A stretch of 64,000 bases of DNA from Octopus bimaculoides (Eukaryota). Positions 36,548 through 49,959 of this stretch are shown in pieces. Location of the stretch: contig NC_068997.1 in NCBI RefSeq assembly GCF_001194135.2, forward strand, positions 40,472,457 to 40,536,456, given 5' to 3'. The position numbers and the translations under genes were made by a program. Below the pieces are notes generated by a model. That model was not told where the DNA came from, made no database searches, and was given only the letters and a program-made list of their open reading frames with translations. Each line of letters opens with the position of its first letter. Position 1 is the stretch's first letter.

Positions 36548-39123
36548 NNNNNNNNNNNNNNNNNNNNNNNNNNNNNNNNNNNNNNNNNNNNNNNNNNNNN
36601 NNNNNNNNNNNNNNNNNNNNNNNNNNNNNNNNNNNNNNNNNNNNNNNNNNNNNNNNNNNNNNNNNNNNNNNNNNNNNNNNNNNNNNNNNNNNNNNNNNNN
36701 NNNNNNNNNNNNNNNNNNNNNNNNNNNNNNNNNNNNNNNNNNNNNNNNNNNNNNNNNNNNNNNNNNNNNNNNNNNNNNNNNNNNNNNNNNNNNNNNNNNN
36801 NNNNNNNNNNNNNNNNNNNNNNNNNNNNNNNNNNNNNNNNNNNNNNNNNNNNNNNNNNNNNNNNNNNNNNNNACACACACACACACAACAAAAAATAACA
36901 CTGCAATACTTGTGGAGTAATTCATTATATCTAATAAAGTACTTTAATGGAATTTTAAATATTTTTCATAAAAATATTCATCAGATTCCTTGCGAATGTT
37001 CGACCCCAGGGAACAACCCTTCCCCGACCACCACTCCTTATTATTTACATTTTTCTTTCTTCCTTTTATTATTTAACTTTATTTATGTTTTTATTCATAT
37101 TTCATTTTTACTCTTTTTTTTTATATATAATTCATTTTATTTTCCTTATTATTTTTCTTGTTTATTTGTATCTTATATACATACGTTTTTTTTTTGTTAT
37201 TTCTTTTCTTTGTTTATATGTTTTTGTTCTTTAGTTTCAAAGATAATCTATATGCATTATTTATGGGTCCATTTTACAGAAAGAGATCCTTAGAACTGCT
37301 TTTATCATTTTTGTTTGTTACTGTTACTTCTTTAAGTGCTTGTCTCGTTATTACTAGGCACTGTTTTCATATTCAGCTAGACATTTACTACTTCCTTCTC
37401 CCTCTATTCTACTTGTTTTGTTTCTAGTTTTTGTGTGTTCCTATCATCAATATTGTACACTTGATCTGCTTTACTTTCTCATCTTTTTATTTAAATAACA
37501 TTCGCCGAATTTGTCAGACCAATAGCCGCCTTCAGATTTTAAAACGATATGTGCAGTTGATGCTGTTTAGTTTGTTTTTTCTATTCATTGTTACACACCT
37601 ATTTTGAGTCATGCAATTGCTTTGTGTTTTATATAATATATAAATTGTTACATTATATACAAAACAAATTGTTGTTTTATATATTTAACAATATCAAATG
37701 GTTGAGTAAATAATTGTATTTACATCTAATAAAGGGTGATGTTTTGTGGGAATATAGAGAAAGAAACGAACGAAACAGATGTAACAGTATCGACTTGTCT
37801 GTCATCCACCGTAGAAACATATTCGTCGTTCACGCGAACCACTAAGGGAGCTTCGATGTGATCGTTAGGTCTGCCAGAAACAGCAGCCAAATTTCTCTCG
37901 AATCACACTTTAGAAAGACGAAATGTTCACGCTAGAACGCCTTTAATTATAGATGAACTAAGTCAGGTTTGACCTAAGGCTTACACTTTTATATTTCGTT
38001 CATTTTAGAATTCAATTTCACTGAGGCAGTGGTGACACTGGTGGGGGCAGTGACAGCGGCGGTAATGACGGTAGTGGTGGCAGCGGGGAATATCGGTGAT
38101 GACGGCGGCGGCGGCGGCGGCACCGGTGGTGATGGCCGCAGCACCCACGATGATGGTGACACCGGTGGTGCTGCTGGGGCTGGTTGACGGTGGTTGATAG
38201 TAGTCTTAAGCGTATTAGTTGCTTGGTCACTTGCTAGGATATTTACCATAGGACACGAACTCAATGTTGGCGATTCCAAGAAGTACTTAGCAATGCAGTG
38301 TTTCAATTCGTGGGACTTGCAAAAAAGAAAACTGTGATTTTGCGTTCCGTAATTTCGTGGTGATAACGGACGACACGAAACGATGACTTTTAAATGGTTT
38401 CCCTAAAACTTTAACGATCCAGCTCCCTGCGGTTCCGACAAAGTAAAAACCCCAAAATTTTATAAGACTAATTCTGTAAAGTTACATATCACTTCGGATT
38501 TTTTCGTTTCCTTCATTGATATTTTCCGCAGACGAAGATAGACTTATGTACGAATACTTACATGAAAAGTATTTAATAATTTTTCTTCTTGTGCCTTTTT
38601 GATTTTTCATTGATTCATAGTTCGATTAATACTTTTATGAGACATGTGTGAAGAAAGATGTCGGAGATGTCACCATAATTGTCTTCCATAAAACTGCTCC
38701 AATCAGATTCTCAAATTTTTTATTGTAATGTACTTACTTTATTCGGAGCCTGTGATTTTGCAAAAGGAACTTGTAGGAAAAAAGCAGCTGTAACACTTCT
38801 TCACATTTTTTTCGTTTTCTTTTTACTGTTTTTCCTGTTTTTATTTTTTATTTTATTTTTTATTCCATGCTCTTTGATTCGATTTACATCCATATGGAAA
38901 CACATAAAGGCCATTATCCTTTGATTTATAGAATTTGAAGTTCAAAGGGAAGACTAGGCCTTTTCGGTTCAGCCGATTAAATGCGCTGAATATTTTCCCA
39001 GTCTTGACATCAATTGAGCTGTTTACTTGGGTAAATAAAGATTTTCTGACATCAAGTTTTCCTCCATTCCGTTAATATATATAGAGAGAACTACTTGAAT
39101 GGTGATCGGATATGATATACATA

Positions 39124-39183
<60 letters not shown>

Positions 39184-39630
39184 NNNNNNNNNNNNNNNNN
39201 NNNNNNNNNNNNNNNNNNNNNNNNNNNNNNNNNNNNNNNNNNNNNNNNNNNNNNNNNNNNNNNNNNNNNNNNNNNNNNNNNNNNNNNNNNNNNNNNNNNN
39301 NNNNNNNNNNNNNNNNNNNNNNNNNNNNNNNNNNNNNNNNNNNNNNNNNNNNNCTTTCGTCTCACTAGACTTGGAAACCTTAAAAAAGGATGGTTGCTGC
39401 TTTTCACCGCCTAACTAAGCTATTAAAAACTGATATTCGTAAACTATCATTAATTTGATGGAATAAGTCAGTATAATGAACTTTACAAGATATCAGAACA
39501 TTACAACGACATCATATATGTTTGCATATATATATCTATATATATATATATAAATAATAATAAGGGAGTTAAGACGCAAAAACGTATAAATTCAAAAGAA
39601 CATATTTATCTTCTTCAATANNNNNNNNNN

Positions 39631-39661
<31 letters not shown>

Positions 39662-39663
<2 letters not shown>

Positions 39664-39957
39664 ATTCGGCTTGCGGTCATAAGGTCGTGAATTCGATTCC
39701 CGGCGACGCGTTGTTTCCTTGAGCAAGATACTTTATTTCACGTTGCTCCAGTCCACTCAGCTGGCATAAATGAGTCGTACCTGTATTTCAAAGGGCCGGC
39801 CTTTTCACGCTATGCGTCACGCTGAGTCTCCCTGAGAACTACGTTGGGGGTACCCGTGTCTGTGGATTGCTCAGTCACTTGCACGTTAATTTCATGAGCA
39901 GGCTGTTCCGTTGATCGTATCAGCTGGGACCCTCGTCGTCGTAACCGACGGAGCGCT

Positions 39958-39959
<2 letters not shown>
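39662..39959 (+). mobile_element. tRNA-derived SINE family E with CORE/V-like central box
   Basis: B-box GTGAATTCGATTCCCGG, then TTTCCTTGAGCAAGATACTTTATTTCACGTTGCTCCAGTCCACTCAGCTG..AAATGAGT. GC-rich body ends at a (TA)n tract. Confidence 0.75.
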
Positions 39960-40000
<41 letters not shown>

Positions 40001-40638
40001 GTATGTATATTGTTTTATTAATATTTAGCAGAAGTAACAGAGTGACTCAAGGCTCGAGAGTTTCGTGCCTTAGCTTTTATCATATGACTATTAATATGAC
40101 GTCACATGGTAAAAGTGTTAGAATATTTGTGTGACGTCAGATGATTATTAACGTGTAATAATATCACTAGGAGGGTGCAACATCATTAAGGTGCGAGATT
40201 ATCACTAAGAAGATACCGCTACACCATTAAGATATGGCTAACATGACGGGCTACACAGAAACAAAAGCAGAACAAAAAATAATTTCAGCCAGCAGCCAAA
40301 ACACTTTGATTAATGTTTATATGCTTGTGACTTGTGAACGTATAGTTATTGTTTTTTATTAGTATATTTTTTTCACTGAGTTTACTAATATTGAGTTTAC
40401 GGTGAAATTTGTGTTACTGTAGCTTCAAGCTGGAATGATACATTTTTCACTTCAGTGTAAATTATTTCTAAGCCCTGGCGATTCTCTTCTCTCGATTTTT
40501 CTCTCGTTAGAAGTGTTTATTTTTCAATTATTTTCCATTCCTTTATAACAAATTTGCTTAGTTTGCGCACTAACACATGCGTATGTGTCCACGTAATGTT
40601 TGCATGCATGAATACGAACACATACATTCATATATGCT

Positions 40639-40671
<33 letters not shown>

Positions 40672-41649
40672 NNNNNNNNNNNNNNNNNNNNNNNNNNNNN
40701 NNNNNNNNNNNNNNNNNNNNNNNNNNNNNNNNNNNNNNNNNNNNNNNNNNNNNNNNNNNNNNNNNNNNNNNNNNNNNNNNNNNNNNNNNNNNNNNNNNNN
40801 NNNNNNNNNNNNNNNNNNNNNNNNNNNNNNNNNNNNNNNNNNNNNNNNNNNNNNNNNNNNNNNNNNNNNNNNNNNNNNNNNNNNNNNNNNNNNNNNNNNN
40901 NNNNNNNNNNNNNNNNNNNNNNNNNNNNNNNNNATATATATCTGTGTGTGTGTGTGTATATACATATGTATGTATGTATGTTGTCGACAGGTGAAATCCA
41001 GAGACTCTCTGTATAGAAAACACTTCATTAACGCTCAAATGATTCGAACTTAATTTCCGATGTCTTAATGAGGGACGCATGCCACAGAGTAAAGAGTGGT
41101 TATAAGAGGGATCTAGATGAGCGGATATGGAGACAATTATAAAGATAAACAAGTTAAATATTACAGTTTGAGTTTGATATACAAACAAAAATTATATATT
41201 TATACATGCAAACAGAGAAAGCAAAGACTAAACAGTTTGAGACGATGAATATTTAAGTATAAATATATAAATGTTTATATTAATACATCAAACTTACACA
41301 GAGTACAAAGGACAGAGAAAATTAAGGGGTAAAAGCAGAGTGCTATAAGTCCAACAACTTTTTCTGGGGACTCGGAGATTCATGATAATGTTGGTAGATG
41401 TAGTTCACAATATACAGTCAGCAATCGAAGCAAATAAACATTGGTTAAATCGAGTCTTCGCCATCAGGGTAGAAAATGAAAAACCTTACATTTCGGTTCA
41501 TGATGTTGAGGAGTTTAAAAATTCCACCATTAAACTTCTATGCATTATGGTGAGATATCAACAAATCATTTCACACATCCAGCAAGAAGGGAAGAAAAGG
41601 GACTACTTTAAAATTATTATCCAAAATACTATTCATTGTCAAACGAAAT

Positions 41650-42430
41650 TTAGTCCACCTAGATAACATAAGCTCAGACGAGGTTTCCGATAGATAATAG
41701 CCCAAGTAATTTTTAGAGTTTTCATACAGGAGTAAAAACTGAAACACCAGTAGATGCAGATATGCAGTGAACCCTACCTAAAAGAATTTCTTGTTATCAA
41801 AGCTGAGGTTGTTCCAGTAAAAGGTGTAATTGTTCCTGTAAATACATAGTAAATGGCGTAAATAAATATTCAGATTATTCCATCATTGCTGATAAAACAT
41901 GAAACATTAGCAGAGTTGAACAATTCGCAATATGCCTCAGGTACATCGTTGAAGGAAAGATCAGGAAGTTTTTCAAAGGATTCTATGCAAGGCCAGCTAC
42001 TGAAGGAAGTGGTCTCGAAAAATTAGTTAGTAATATACTCAGGAAGCAACAGCCGAAACAAACTTTTTGGATAATGATTCGCTGGTGCAACAAATATGAA
42101 CAGTGTTCATAGAGCTTTGGCAGGAAGAATATAGAAAACTTTTCTTCTTGCCATCTATGTCTTATGTTACAAACACTTCCAAACTATTGCTAATTAAGAT
42201 ACAATCACAGACACCGAACTACCCCACAATCCCTTAGAAACTATTCGAAAACCGAATTATTTTCTGAAGACTAATCTCAAAAGACATGCACTATTTGTAA
42301 GAATTAATATCGGTGGAGAGCAAAAGTGTTGCTGCAAAATCACCTCAAAGAATGGTATTGCTTGACTCGACAGATAATCAAGATTCAAAAACATTGACAG
42401 GCAACTGAAATTTTTAAATGCCATATGTAA
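41650..42430 (+). mobile_element. hAT transposase pseudogene fragment
   Basis: YSIIADKT*NISRVEQFAICLRYIVEGKIRKFFKGFY matches the hAT motif FSIIADETTDIS..EQL.ICLRY. Also LAIYVLCYKH and FLKTNLKRHALF remnants. Confidence 0.75.
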
Positions 42431-42439
42431 TGTTGGCTT

Positions 42440-42628
42440 CAAATTTTAGTACAAAGCCGGTATTTTCGGGAAGTGGGCCCAGAGTTCAACTGCTACTTAT
42501 TTTACCGACCCCGAAGGGTGAAAAGTAGAGTCGACCTCGGTGGCGTTTGAAATCAGAACGTAAAGACGGACGAAATAACGCTAAGCATTTTGTCCGGCGT
42601 GCTAACAATTCTGCCAGCTCACCGTCTT
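42440..42628 (-). mobile_element. SINE family B
   Basis: Reverse complement starts GACGGTGAGCTGGCAGAATTGTTAGCACGCCGGACAAAATGCTTAGCG. Confidence 0.85.
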
Positions 42629-42667
42629 AATATCATATGTAATGTTGACTTTATATTTGGATCACTT

Positions 42668-43057
42668 GCACAATAAGTAGCTTGCTTTCCAACCACATGG
42701 TTCCGGGTTTAGTTCCACTACGTGGCACCTCGGGAAAGTGTCTTCTACTATAGACCCGGGCCGACCAAAGCCTTGTGAATTGATTTGGTAGACGGAAACT
42801 GAAAGAAGCCCGTCGTATATATGTATGTATGTATGTGTGTGAATATGTTGTGTATCTGTGTTTGTCCCCCAACATCGTTTGACAACCGATGCTGGTGTGT
42901 TTAGGATCCCGTAACTTAGCGGTTCGGCAAAAGAGACCGATAGAATAAGTACTAGGCTTACAAAGAATAAGTCATGAGGTCGATTTGATTCGACTAAAGG
43001 CGCTGCTCCAGGGTGGCCGCAGTCAAATGACCGAAACAAGTAAAAGAATAAAAGAAT
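42668..43057 (+). mobile_element. SINE family A, near full length
   Basis: Head AAGTAGCTTGCTTTCCAACCACATGGTTCCGGGTTTAGTTCC, internal (TA/TG)n, tail GAAACAAGTAAAAGAATAAAAGAATA. Confidence 0.92.
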
Positions 43058-43419
43058 ATGAAACACAAATAGACTTATTAATTACCTCAAGGGAAAACCT
43101 GTTGCTATTACAATAGTTTGGTCATTTAGCTGCATTAACCAAAGAAACTCTTTTTGACTGCAGAAACGCAGAATGATTTAAAAGCATTTAAGTGGGTGCT
43201 GAAACGTAGATGAGGCTACGAAAGAAACCATCAAAGGCAGACAAGTCTCATTTAAGAAAGCAAAACATTCACGGTTTTAAAAACCATTTTTTCCGATGGT
43301 TATAACTCGTGTTATATGACTCAGCAACGAAAGTATTTGTCCGATATTGATTTCAATTACTCCCAGTGACAATGCAGCAGAGGTGGACAGCCCTTCCTAG
43401 ACTAGCGACACCAGGTAAT

Positions 43420-43620
43420 AATCCTTTCTATTACAGGCACAAGGCCTGAAATTTGAGGGTAAGGAGCTAATCGACGTAATCAACCTCAGTGTTCAACTGG
43501 TACTTATCTCATCGACCCCGAAAGGAGGACGGGCAAAGTCGACCTCGGCACAATTTGAACTCAGAGTGTAAAGTTGGGTGAGATACCACTAAGCTAGCGA
43601 TTCTGCCAGTTCACCGCCTT
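43420..43620 (-). mobile_element. SINE family B
   Basis: GGCACAAGGCCTGAAATTT..CTGGTACTTAT..ATCGACCCCGAAAGG..GATTCTGCCAGTTCACCGCC. Confidence 0.85.
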
Positions 43621-44131
43621 GAAACCAAATAATATTGATGAGAATTTATCAAACATGCCAATGAGTAAAGAGTTCCAACCGTGACTGTCTCAACTTGTTT
43701 TAGTCATAGTATCTAGCTCTTACACTTTCTCAACGAGAGTGTGGTGTCGTTTGAGGGAAATGTGATTCATATTTCTCGTAGTTCGAGCGAACACATTAAG
43801 ACTGCCTCGTTGTCTTGTGTCGTGGCGGGTCGATGGAACTGTGTGTTCGGGAATACGACATAGCTTATATGGATATACATTTGGTATCTGTAATTATGGA
43901 AGGGATTTTTCTCGGGAATGAATTTTTTCTATTTCTTGGATCAGAAAGCTCATGTTGCGTGTACTTAAATGTGAACTTGTCTGTCCGTATATATACGCGT
44001 ATGTGTGCGTACAAATAGGAATATATGCATATATGTGTGTTTGTGTGTGTATAACTGTATGCATAGATGTGTGCGTTTGTGTGTGTATAAATATATATTG
44101 ATATATACATATATATCATACATATAAACAT

Positions 44132-44182
<51 letters not shown>

Positions 44183-44312
44183 CAGAAATGCATGCACAGA
44201 CACTTGCATATGCATTGAAATATGTATAAATACATCTTTATGCAATACACTCGCACTCGCACACGCACATATCTGCGTACACAAACATACAGACGCACGC
44301 GCACACAAGGGA

Positions 44313-44354
<42 letters not shown>

Positions 44355-44995
44355 AGAGGGAGAGAAGCAGCTATCTGCGTTTATCTATGTCTTTTCAAGT
44401 ATATGTAATTAGAACATTTATTTAAAAAGCACTCACACACACACACAGATATAAGCACATGTGCACTAAAACACACTCACGCAAACACACTAAAACATAG
44501 GCAAACACACCCTGAAGACCTCTAGACCTCTTATGCAAAAGAATTGGCGGTCCAGTCTCCATCAGGCGATAGATTCTCGCAATGATATTGACATAGCACG
44601 GTGTTCCGTTGTTTGTTTACTTATTTCTGCTGATTACATTAAACAGAATTCACTGTTGTCTTCAGCTAAATGATGGCAACAAAACTAAGCAACCAACCAG
44701 TGACACACACACACACACAAATACACACACACACAAACACACGCACGTACGCATGCGCGCGCGAACACACAAACACTTACGTACATAAATACATGCATGT
44801 ATATACATACACACTCACAAATAGAGAAAAAAAATAATAATAATAATAAAACAGAAACAAGAAACTAGAAAAGAGTCGAACAGAAATAATCATTGCAAAC
44901 AAAATTTCATGTAAGCCTCTACTTACAGAAACAACATTTTTCTGTGTCTATTGTATAATTTTTTATATCATCGTCATCATCATCATCAGCATCAG

Positions 44996-45041
<46 letters not shown>

Positions 45042-45069
45042 TTCATCATCAATGTTAAATATAGAAACG

Positions 45070-45117
<48 letters not shown>

Positions 45118-46899
45118 GTTGTTGTTGTTGTTATTAGTATTATTATTNNNNNNNNNNNNNNNNNNNNNNNNNNNNNNNNNNNNNNNNNNNNNNNNNNNNN
45201 NNNNNNNNNNNNNNNNNNNNNNNNNNNNNNNNNNNNNNNNNNNNNNNNNNNNNNNNNNNNNNNNNNNNNNNNNNNNNNNNNNNNNNNNNNNNNNNNNNNN
45301 NNNNNNNNNNNNNNNNNNNNNNNNNNNNNNNNNNNNNNNNNNNNNNNNNNNNNNNNNNNNNNNNNNNNNNNNNNNNNNNNNNNNNNNNNNNNNNNNNNNN
45401 NNNNNNNNNNNNNNNNNNNNNNNNNNNNNNNNNNNNNNNNNNNNNNNNNNNNNNNNNNNNNNNNNNNNNNNNNNNNNNNNNNNNNNNNNNNNNNNNNNNN
45501 NNNNNNNNNNNNNNNNNNNNNNNNNNNNNNNNNNNNNNNNNNNNNNNNNNNNNNNNNNNNNNNNNNNNNNNNNNNNNNNNNNNNNNNNNNNNNNNNNNNN
45601 NNNNNNNNNNNNNNNNNNNNNNNNNNNNNNNNNNNNNNNNNNNNNNNNNNNNNNNNNNNNNNNNNNNNNNNNNNNNNNNNNNNNNNNNNNNNNNNNNNNN
45701 NNNNNNNNNNNNNNNNNNNNNNNNNNNNNNNNNNNNNNNNNNNNNNNNNNNNNNNNNNNNNNNNNNNNNNNNNNNNNNNNNNNNNNNNNNNNNNNNNNNN
45801 NNNNNNNNNNNNNNNNNNNNNNNNNNNNNNNNNNNNNNNNNNNNNNNNNNNNNNNNNNNNNNNNNNNNNNNNNNNNNNNNNNNNNNNNNNNNNNNNNNNN
45901 NNNNNNNNNNNNNNNNNNNNNNNNNNNNNNNNNNNNNNNNNNNNNNNNNNNNNNNNNNNNNNNNNNNNNNNNNNNNNNNNNNNNNNNNNNNNNNNNNNNN
46001 TATATATATATATACTAAACAAATATGTATGCGTACATATATATATATACACATATATATATATATACTAAACAAATATGTATGCGTACATATATATATA
46101 TACACATATACATATATATACATATATATGTCTATATGTATATAAAATATATATATATATATATATATGTATATGTGTGTATGTGTATGCATGTATATTC
46201 GTGTATATGTATCTATGTAAGTATGTATGCATGCATGTATGTATGTACGTATGTATGTATGTACGTATGTATGTACGTATGGATGTATGTATGTTTGTAT
46301 TGGCGCCAATTACCGCTTACCGCCGAATGGTTCTCTATTGAAACAGCTTGCTTATTCACTTTGTTCCGTTGTTAACTTCTCATTGCCGAGTATAGTTTTC
46401 TATTTTAACTGCAATTACAGCCAATCTCACTGCAAAATAGCTGCAAGGGTCTTGCTTTTTGTTTTGCTCATTGCTTTTTTCTTTCTTTCTCTCAGTGGAA
46501 AATTTTGTGTAACGTAAGATATGTACGTTAAGAGAAAAGTTTTTTAAACAGTTGTGTCAGTCTTAGATAGTTGGTGTTATAGAAGCTTGACAATGTTTTC
46601 AAGCAGGTAAATTGAATATGCAAGCTTACTAGAGAGTGTTGATAATTGTAGAATTAAAGGATGTAAGAACTGATAAAAAGAGAAAAATATGTTAGAATAT
46701 AATGAAGTTAAACTGAGAACTTAAGTTCTTTCTATCGGTAAGAAAAGTGTGGGCAACTTGGTTTCAAGATGAAAAGCCAATGTTCTGTACATCAACACTT
46801 AGACAGAAAGAGACGTTATTGTCTTTCCATTTTGTCGCTAAATATTTACCTGGACTGGACATTTCTTTTGCATGTAACCATCCAATTAAAGCCATCTGT

Positions 46900-47900
46900 G
46901 TTATGTATCCTGAATTAGTTAAGGAATTCTATGTAAACAGCTGCTCTTCTAGCCAACCCATAATAGAGCAGAATTTTCCTTCGTAAATGTAGGCCAAATG
47001 AGGTTATGCAATATTAAATATTTTTCTCATGACGAAACATTAGCAACTCATTCGGACTCAGCGATATATGAGAAGGCTGTCAAATAATCCTTTATTAACG
47101 CTGCTATAAGCAGATTGATTATCGGAACGGTTGGATAAGCAAACACGTGTTTTGTGATTTCACTTCGATAATGGAATATCGATTTATCGTATGAATAGTT
47201 GGTTCTTTAGCTCATTCGGTGATGGTTTCGCTTAATAGAAAGTAGTTAGTCATCAATTTTCTAAGTCCACACCTGAATACATCATGGCGATAGACCTGTT
47301 AGAAGTAGCTTTCAATATTTCTACAAATTTCCCCCTCACCACTGAATTAGATGACATAATATAATCACTTATATGTACCGCAGCATACTTCAAGTGGGAG
47401 TCACAATATTCATAAGGAAAACTTCATAGACCACCAAATATGCACTTAGTTTTAACTGTATTTAATAGTCTTTTTTATTTATCCACCCTTTTAAAGCCTA
47501 GCCAGGCTCATGGGCCCGGTTTCCCGGTTTCTATGGCGTATATGTTCCCCCCAGCTGGACGGGACGCCAGTCCATCGCAGCGTTACTCAAGAAACAGTGA
47601 GAGAAAGTTGAGGCGAAAGAGTACAACAGGGGTCGCCACCTCCCCCTGCCGGAGCCTCGTGGAGCTTTAGGTGTTTTCGCTCAATAAACACACACAACGC
47701 CCGGTCTGGGAATCGAAACTGTGATCCTCCGGCCGCGAGTCCGCTGCCCTAATCATTGGGCCATTGCGCCTCCACATCTAATAGTCTACTGTGGGACTAT
47801 AACCTGACTTTGGTCCACCAAACCTTTACTATGACCACTCATGATACACCCGGATTATGTTACGCATCACTGACATATATACCTATATATATATATATAG
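46900..47900 (+). mobile_element. Decayed Penelope-like reverse transcriptase fragment, split by a SINE
   Basis: EYIMAIDL..ISTNFPLTTELDDII*SLICTAAYFKWESQYS*G resembles PLE RT (VSFDV.SLFTNIPLDET..CT..YF.F..Y.Q..G). RIMLRITDIY after the SINE lies at the expected YxDD position. Confidence 0.45.
47472..47778 (-). mobile_element. tRNA-derived SINE family F, full length with 9-bp TSD
   Basis: A-box GGCGCAATGGCCCAATGATTAGGGC, B-box GTTTCGATTCCC, V-SINE-like tail GCGATGGACTGGCGTCCCGTCCAG. TSD TAATAGTCT at 47463-47471 and 47779-47787. Confidence 0.92.
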
Positions 47901-48439
47901 CAATAATATGGTTCGCGGCTTGTACCCCTTTAATCATAGGTTAGCTCAATCTCAGGTGAACTAAAGTTAAACAAAATCAACAGCGGTATCATCAAAAGAG
48001 TGCAGCTAATCTAGAGTAATTGAGTTTGCTTGTGTCCAACGTAATGCAATGTAAAGGGAGATAGTTTTTTGAGATCAACATCGTAATTATACAGCGATCA
48101 ACTCCACATAGCATGCAAAGGCTATTCACATCCACGCGGATTTGGAACAAATGAGCAAAGAAGTAAGAGACACTAATAAATGACCCGTTCTCTGCTAGGA
48201 CTTTACTACAACCACTTGGCTAGCTGCCACCTTCTGAAGTGTATTATAAGTCAATGATTATAGCGCTCACCTGAGCGCTATAGAGCTATATGGTCTCATT
48301 GAGCCGAAGTTGTAAAAGCAACCCTTCCCTTCCTGTTGTTATCAACAGAAACCGAAAATAAAAGAAAAGAAAAACGAAAAAAAAACAAATAACTTCAACT
48401 TTTGAATTCCGAAACAATATTCTTAAATGTGACTTACGT

Positions 48440-48588
48440 CACAAATTTACATTTGGTATTTGACGTCATAAATGTATAATTTATATCTTAAGTCATAAAT
48501 TTACAATTTATATCTTATATCATAAAGTTACAATTTATGCCTTACGATATAAATTTTTAATTTATATCTTATGTCATAAATTTAGAAT
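48440..48588. repeat. 27-bp minisatellite, ~5.5 copies
   Basis: Unit consensus CATAAATTTACAATTTATATCTTAnGT at exact 27-bp spacing. Confidence 0.85.
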
Positions 48589-48920
48589 CTACCACACTTA
48601 GTATAAAACCGTGTAAATGTAAAAGACACCCAGCATGATACTAGTCTCTGTTTTATAAGCCAATACCTGGTACTTAACTGTACTATACTATCCATATCAA
48701 TTCAAATTAAATCTATAACTATCTGTGAGTGTGTATGTGTGAGTGTGCGTGTGTGTATGTGAGCGGCTTTCCTTTTAAAGTAATTAAAATACTGCTCTGT
48801 TCCGTTTGTACATGTTTTAGTATTCATATAAAAGTTTCGATACGACTAGAAGTTCCTGTATGCTGGTTGTGTCATGTCTTATCTTCATATACATCCGCCA
48901 GTGGACTGATACATCTTTAT

Positions 48921-48973
<53 letters not shown>

Positions 48974-49335
48974 NNNNNNNNNNNNNNNNNNNNNNNNNNN
49001 NNNNNNNNNNNNNNNNNNNNNNNNNNNNNNNNNNNNNNNNNNNNNNNNNNNNNNNNNNNNNNNNNNNNNNNNNNNNNNNNNNNNNNNNNNNNNNNNNNNN
49101 NNNNNNNNNNNNNNNNNNNNNNNNNNNNNNNNNNNNNNNNNNNNNNNNNNNNNNNNNNNNNNNNNNNNNNNNNNNNNNNNNNNNNNNNNNNNNNNNNNNN
49201 NNNNNNNNNNNNNNNNNNNNNNNNNNNNNNNNNNNNNNNNNNNNNNNNNNNNNNNNNNNNNNNNNNNNNNNNNNNNNNNNNNNNNNNNNNNNNNNNNNNN
49301 NNNNNNNNNNNNNNNNNNNNNNNNNNNNNNNNNNN

Positions 49336-49371
<36 letters not shown>

Positions 49372-49959
49372 CACAATGGGAGTCAAGATTGGCTACTTTT
49401 TACAGATATCGTGTCGTTTAAGTTGTAATAATATCACCGTTTGGGTTGACTTCACTATTACAACTTTGTGTGTCTGTGTCTGTTTGTACGTGTACATACA
49501 TACTTACACACACACAAATATATATGTGTATGTGTGTGTACAAATATATATAGAAATATCCCGGTTAGCTCTCAAGATTCGATATACGAAAAAACAGGTG
49601 CAACACAGGATCTTTACAGCATGCCATGAACAGGAATACAAGTTCAGCAAATAACTTTTAACTGTCATACAGACATGGAAGAAGGCGAGAAACAACGGCA
49701 AACGACTAGAAAATATCTAAAGACTTTTTATTTTACCCATCTTAATAACATTATACAACTTCATACAACGTGGTGCTACATGTTGTAATCGAAAGTTATT
49801 ACGAAATTAGAGAACAGGCATAATTATTTACAGCCAAATCTTATTACAAAATTATTAAAAAGGTCAAATTAATGAACTACAAACAAGAGTAAACATACCT
49901 AGTCACCGTTAGTTCATTTGAAAAGAATCGGCAGAAAATCGTACAGAAGATGTTGTATC

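Noticed and set aside
36950-36990. Minus-strand CTGATGA with hairpin
   Set aside because: A simple AT-rich hairpin with no GAAA or NUH.
38020-38200. GC-rich Gly/Pro-rich reading frames (GSGDTGGGS.. / PPPPPP)
   Set aside because: Degenerate (GGT/GGC)n trinucleotide tract with in-frame stops and no splice or domain support.
47700-47778. tRNA gene
   Set aside because: A and B boxes are present but continue into a SINE body with a TSD, and there is no complete acceptor stem. The same applies to the family A, B and E heads.
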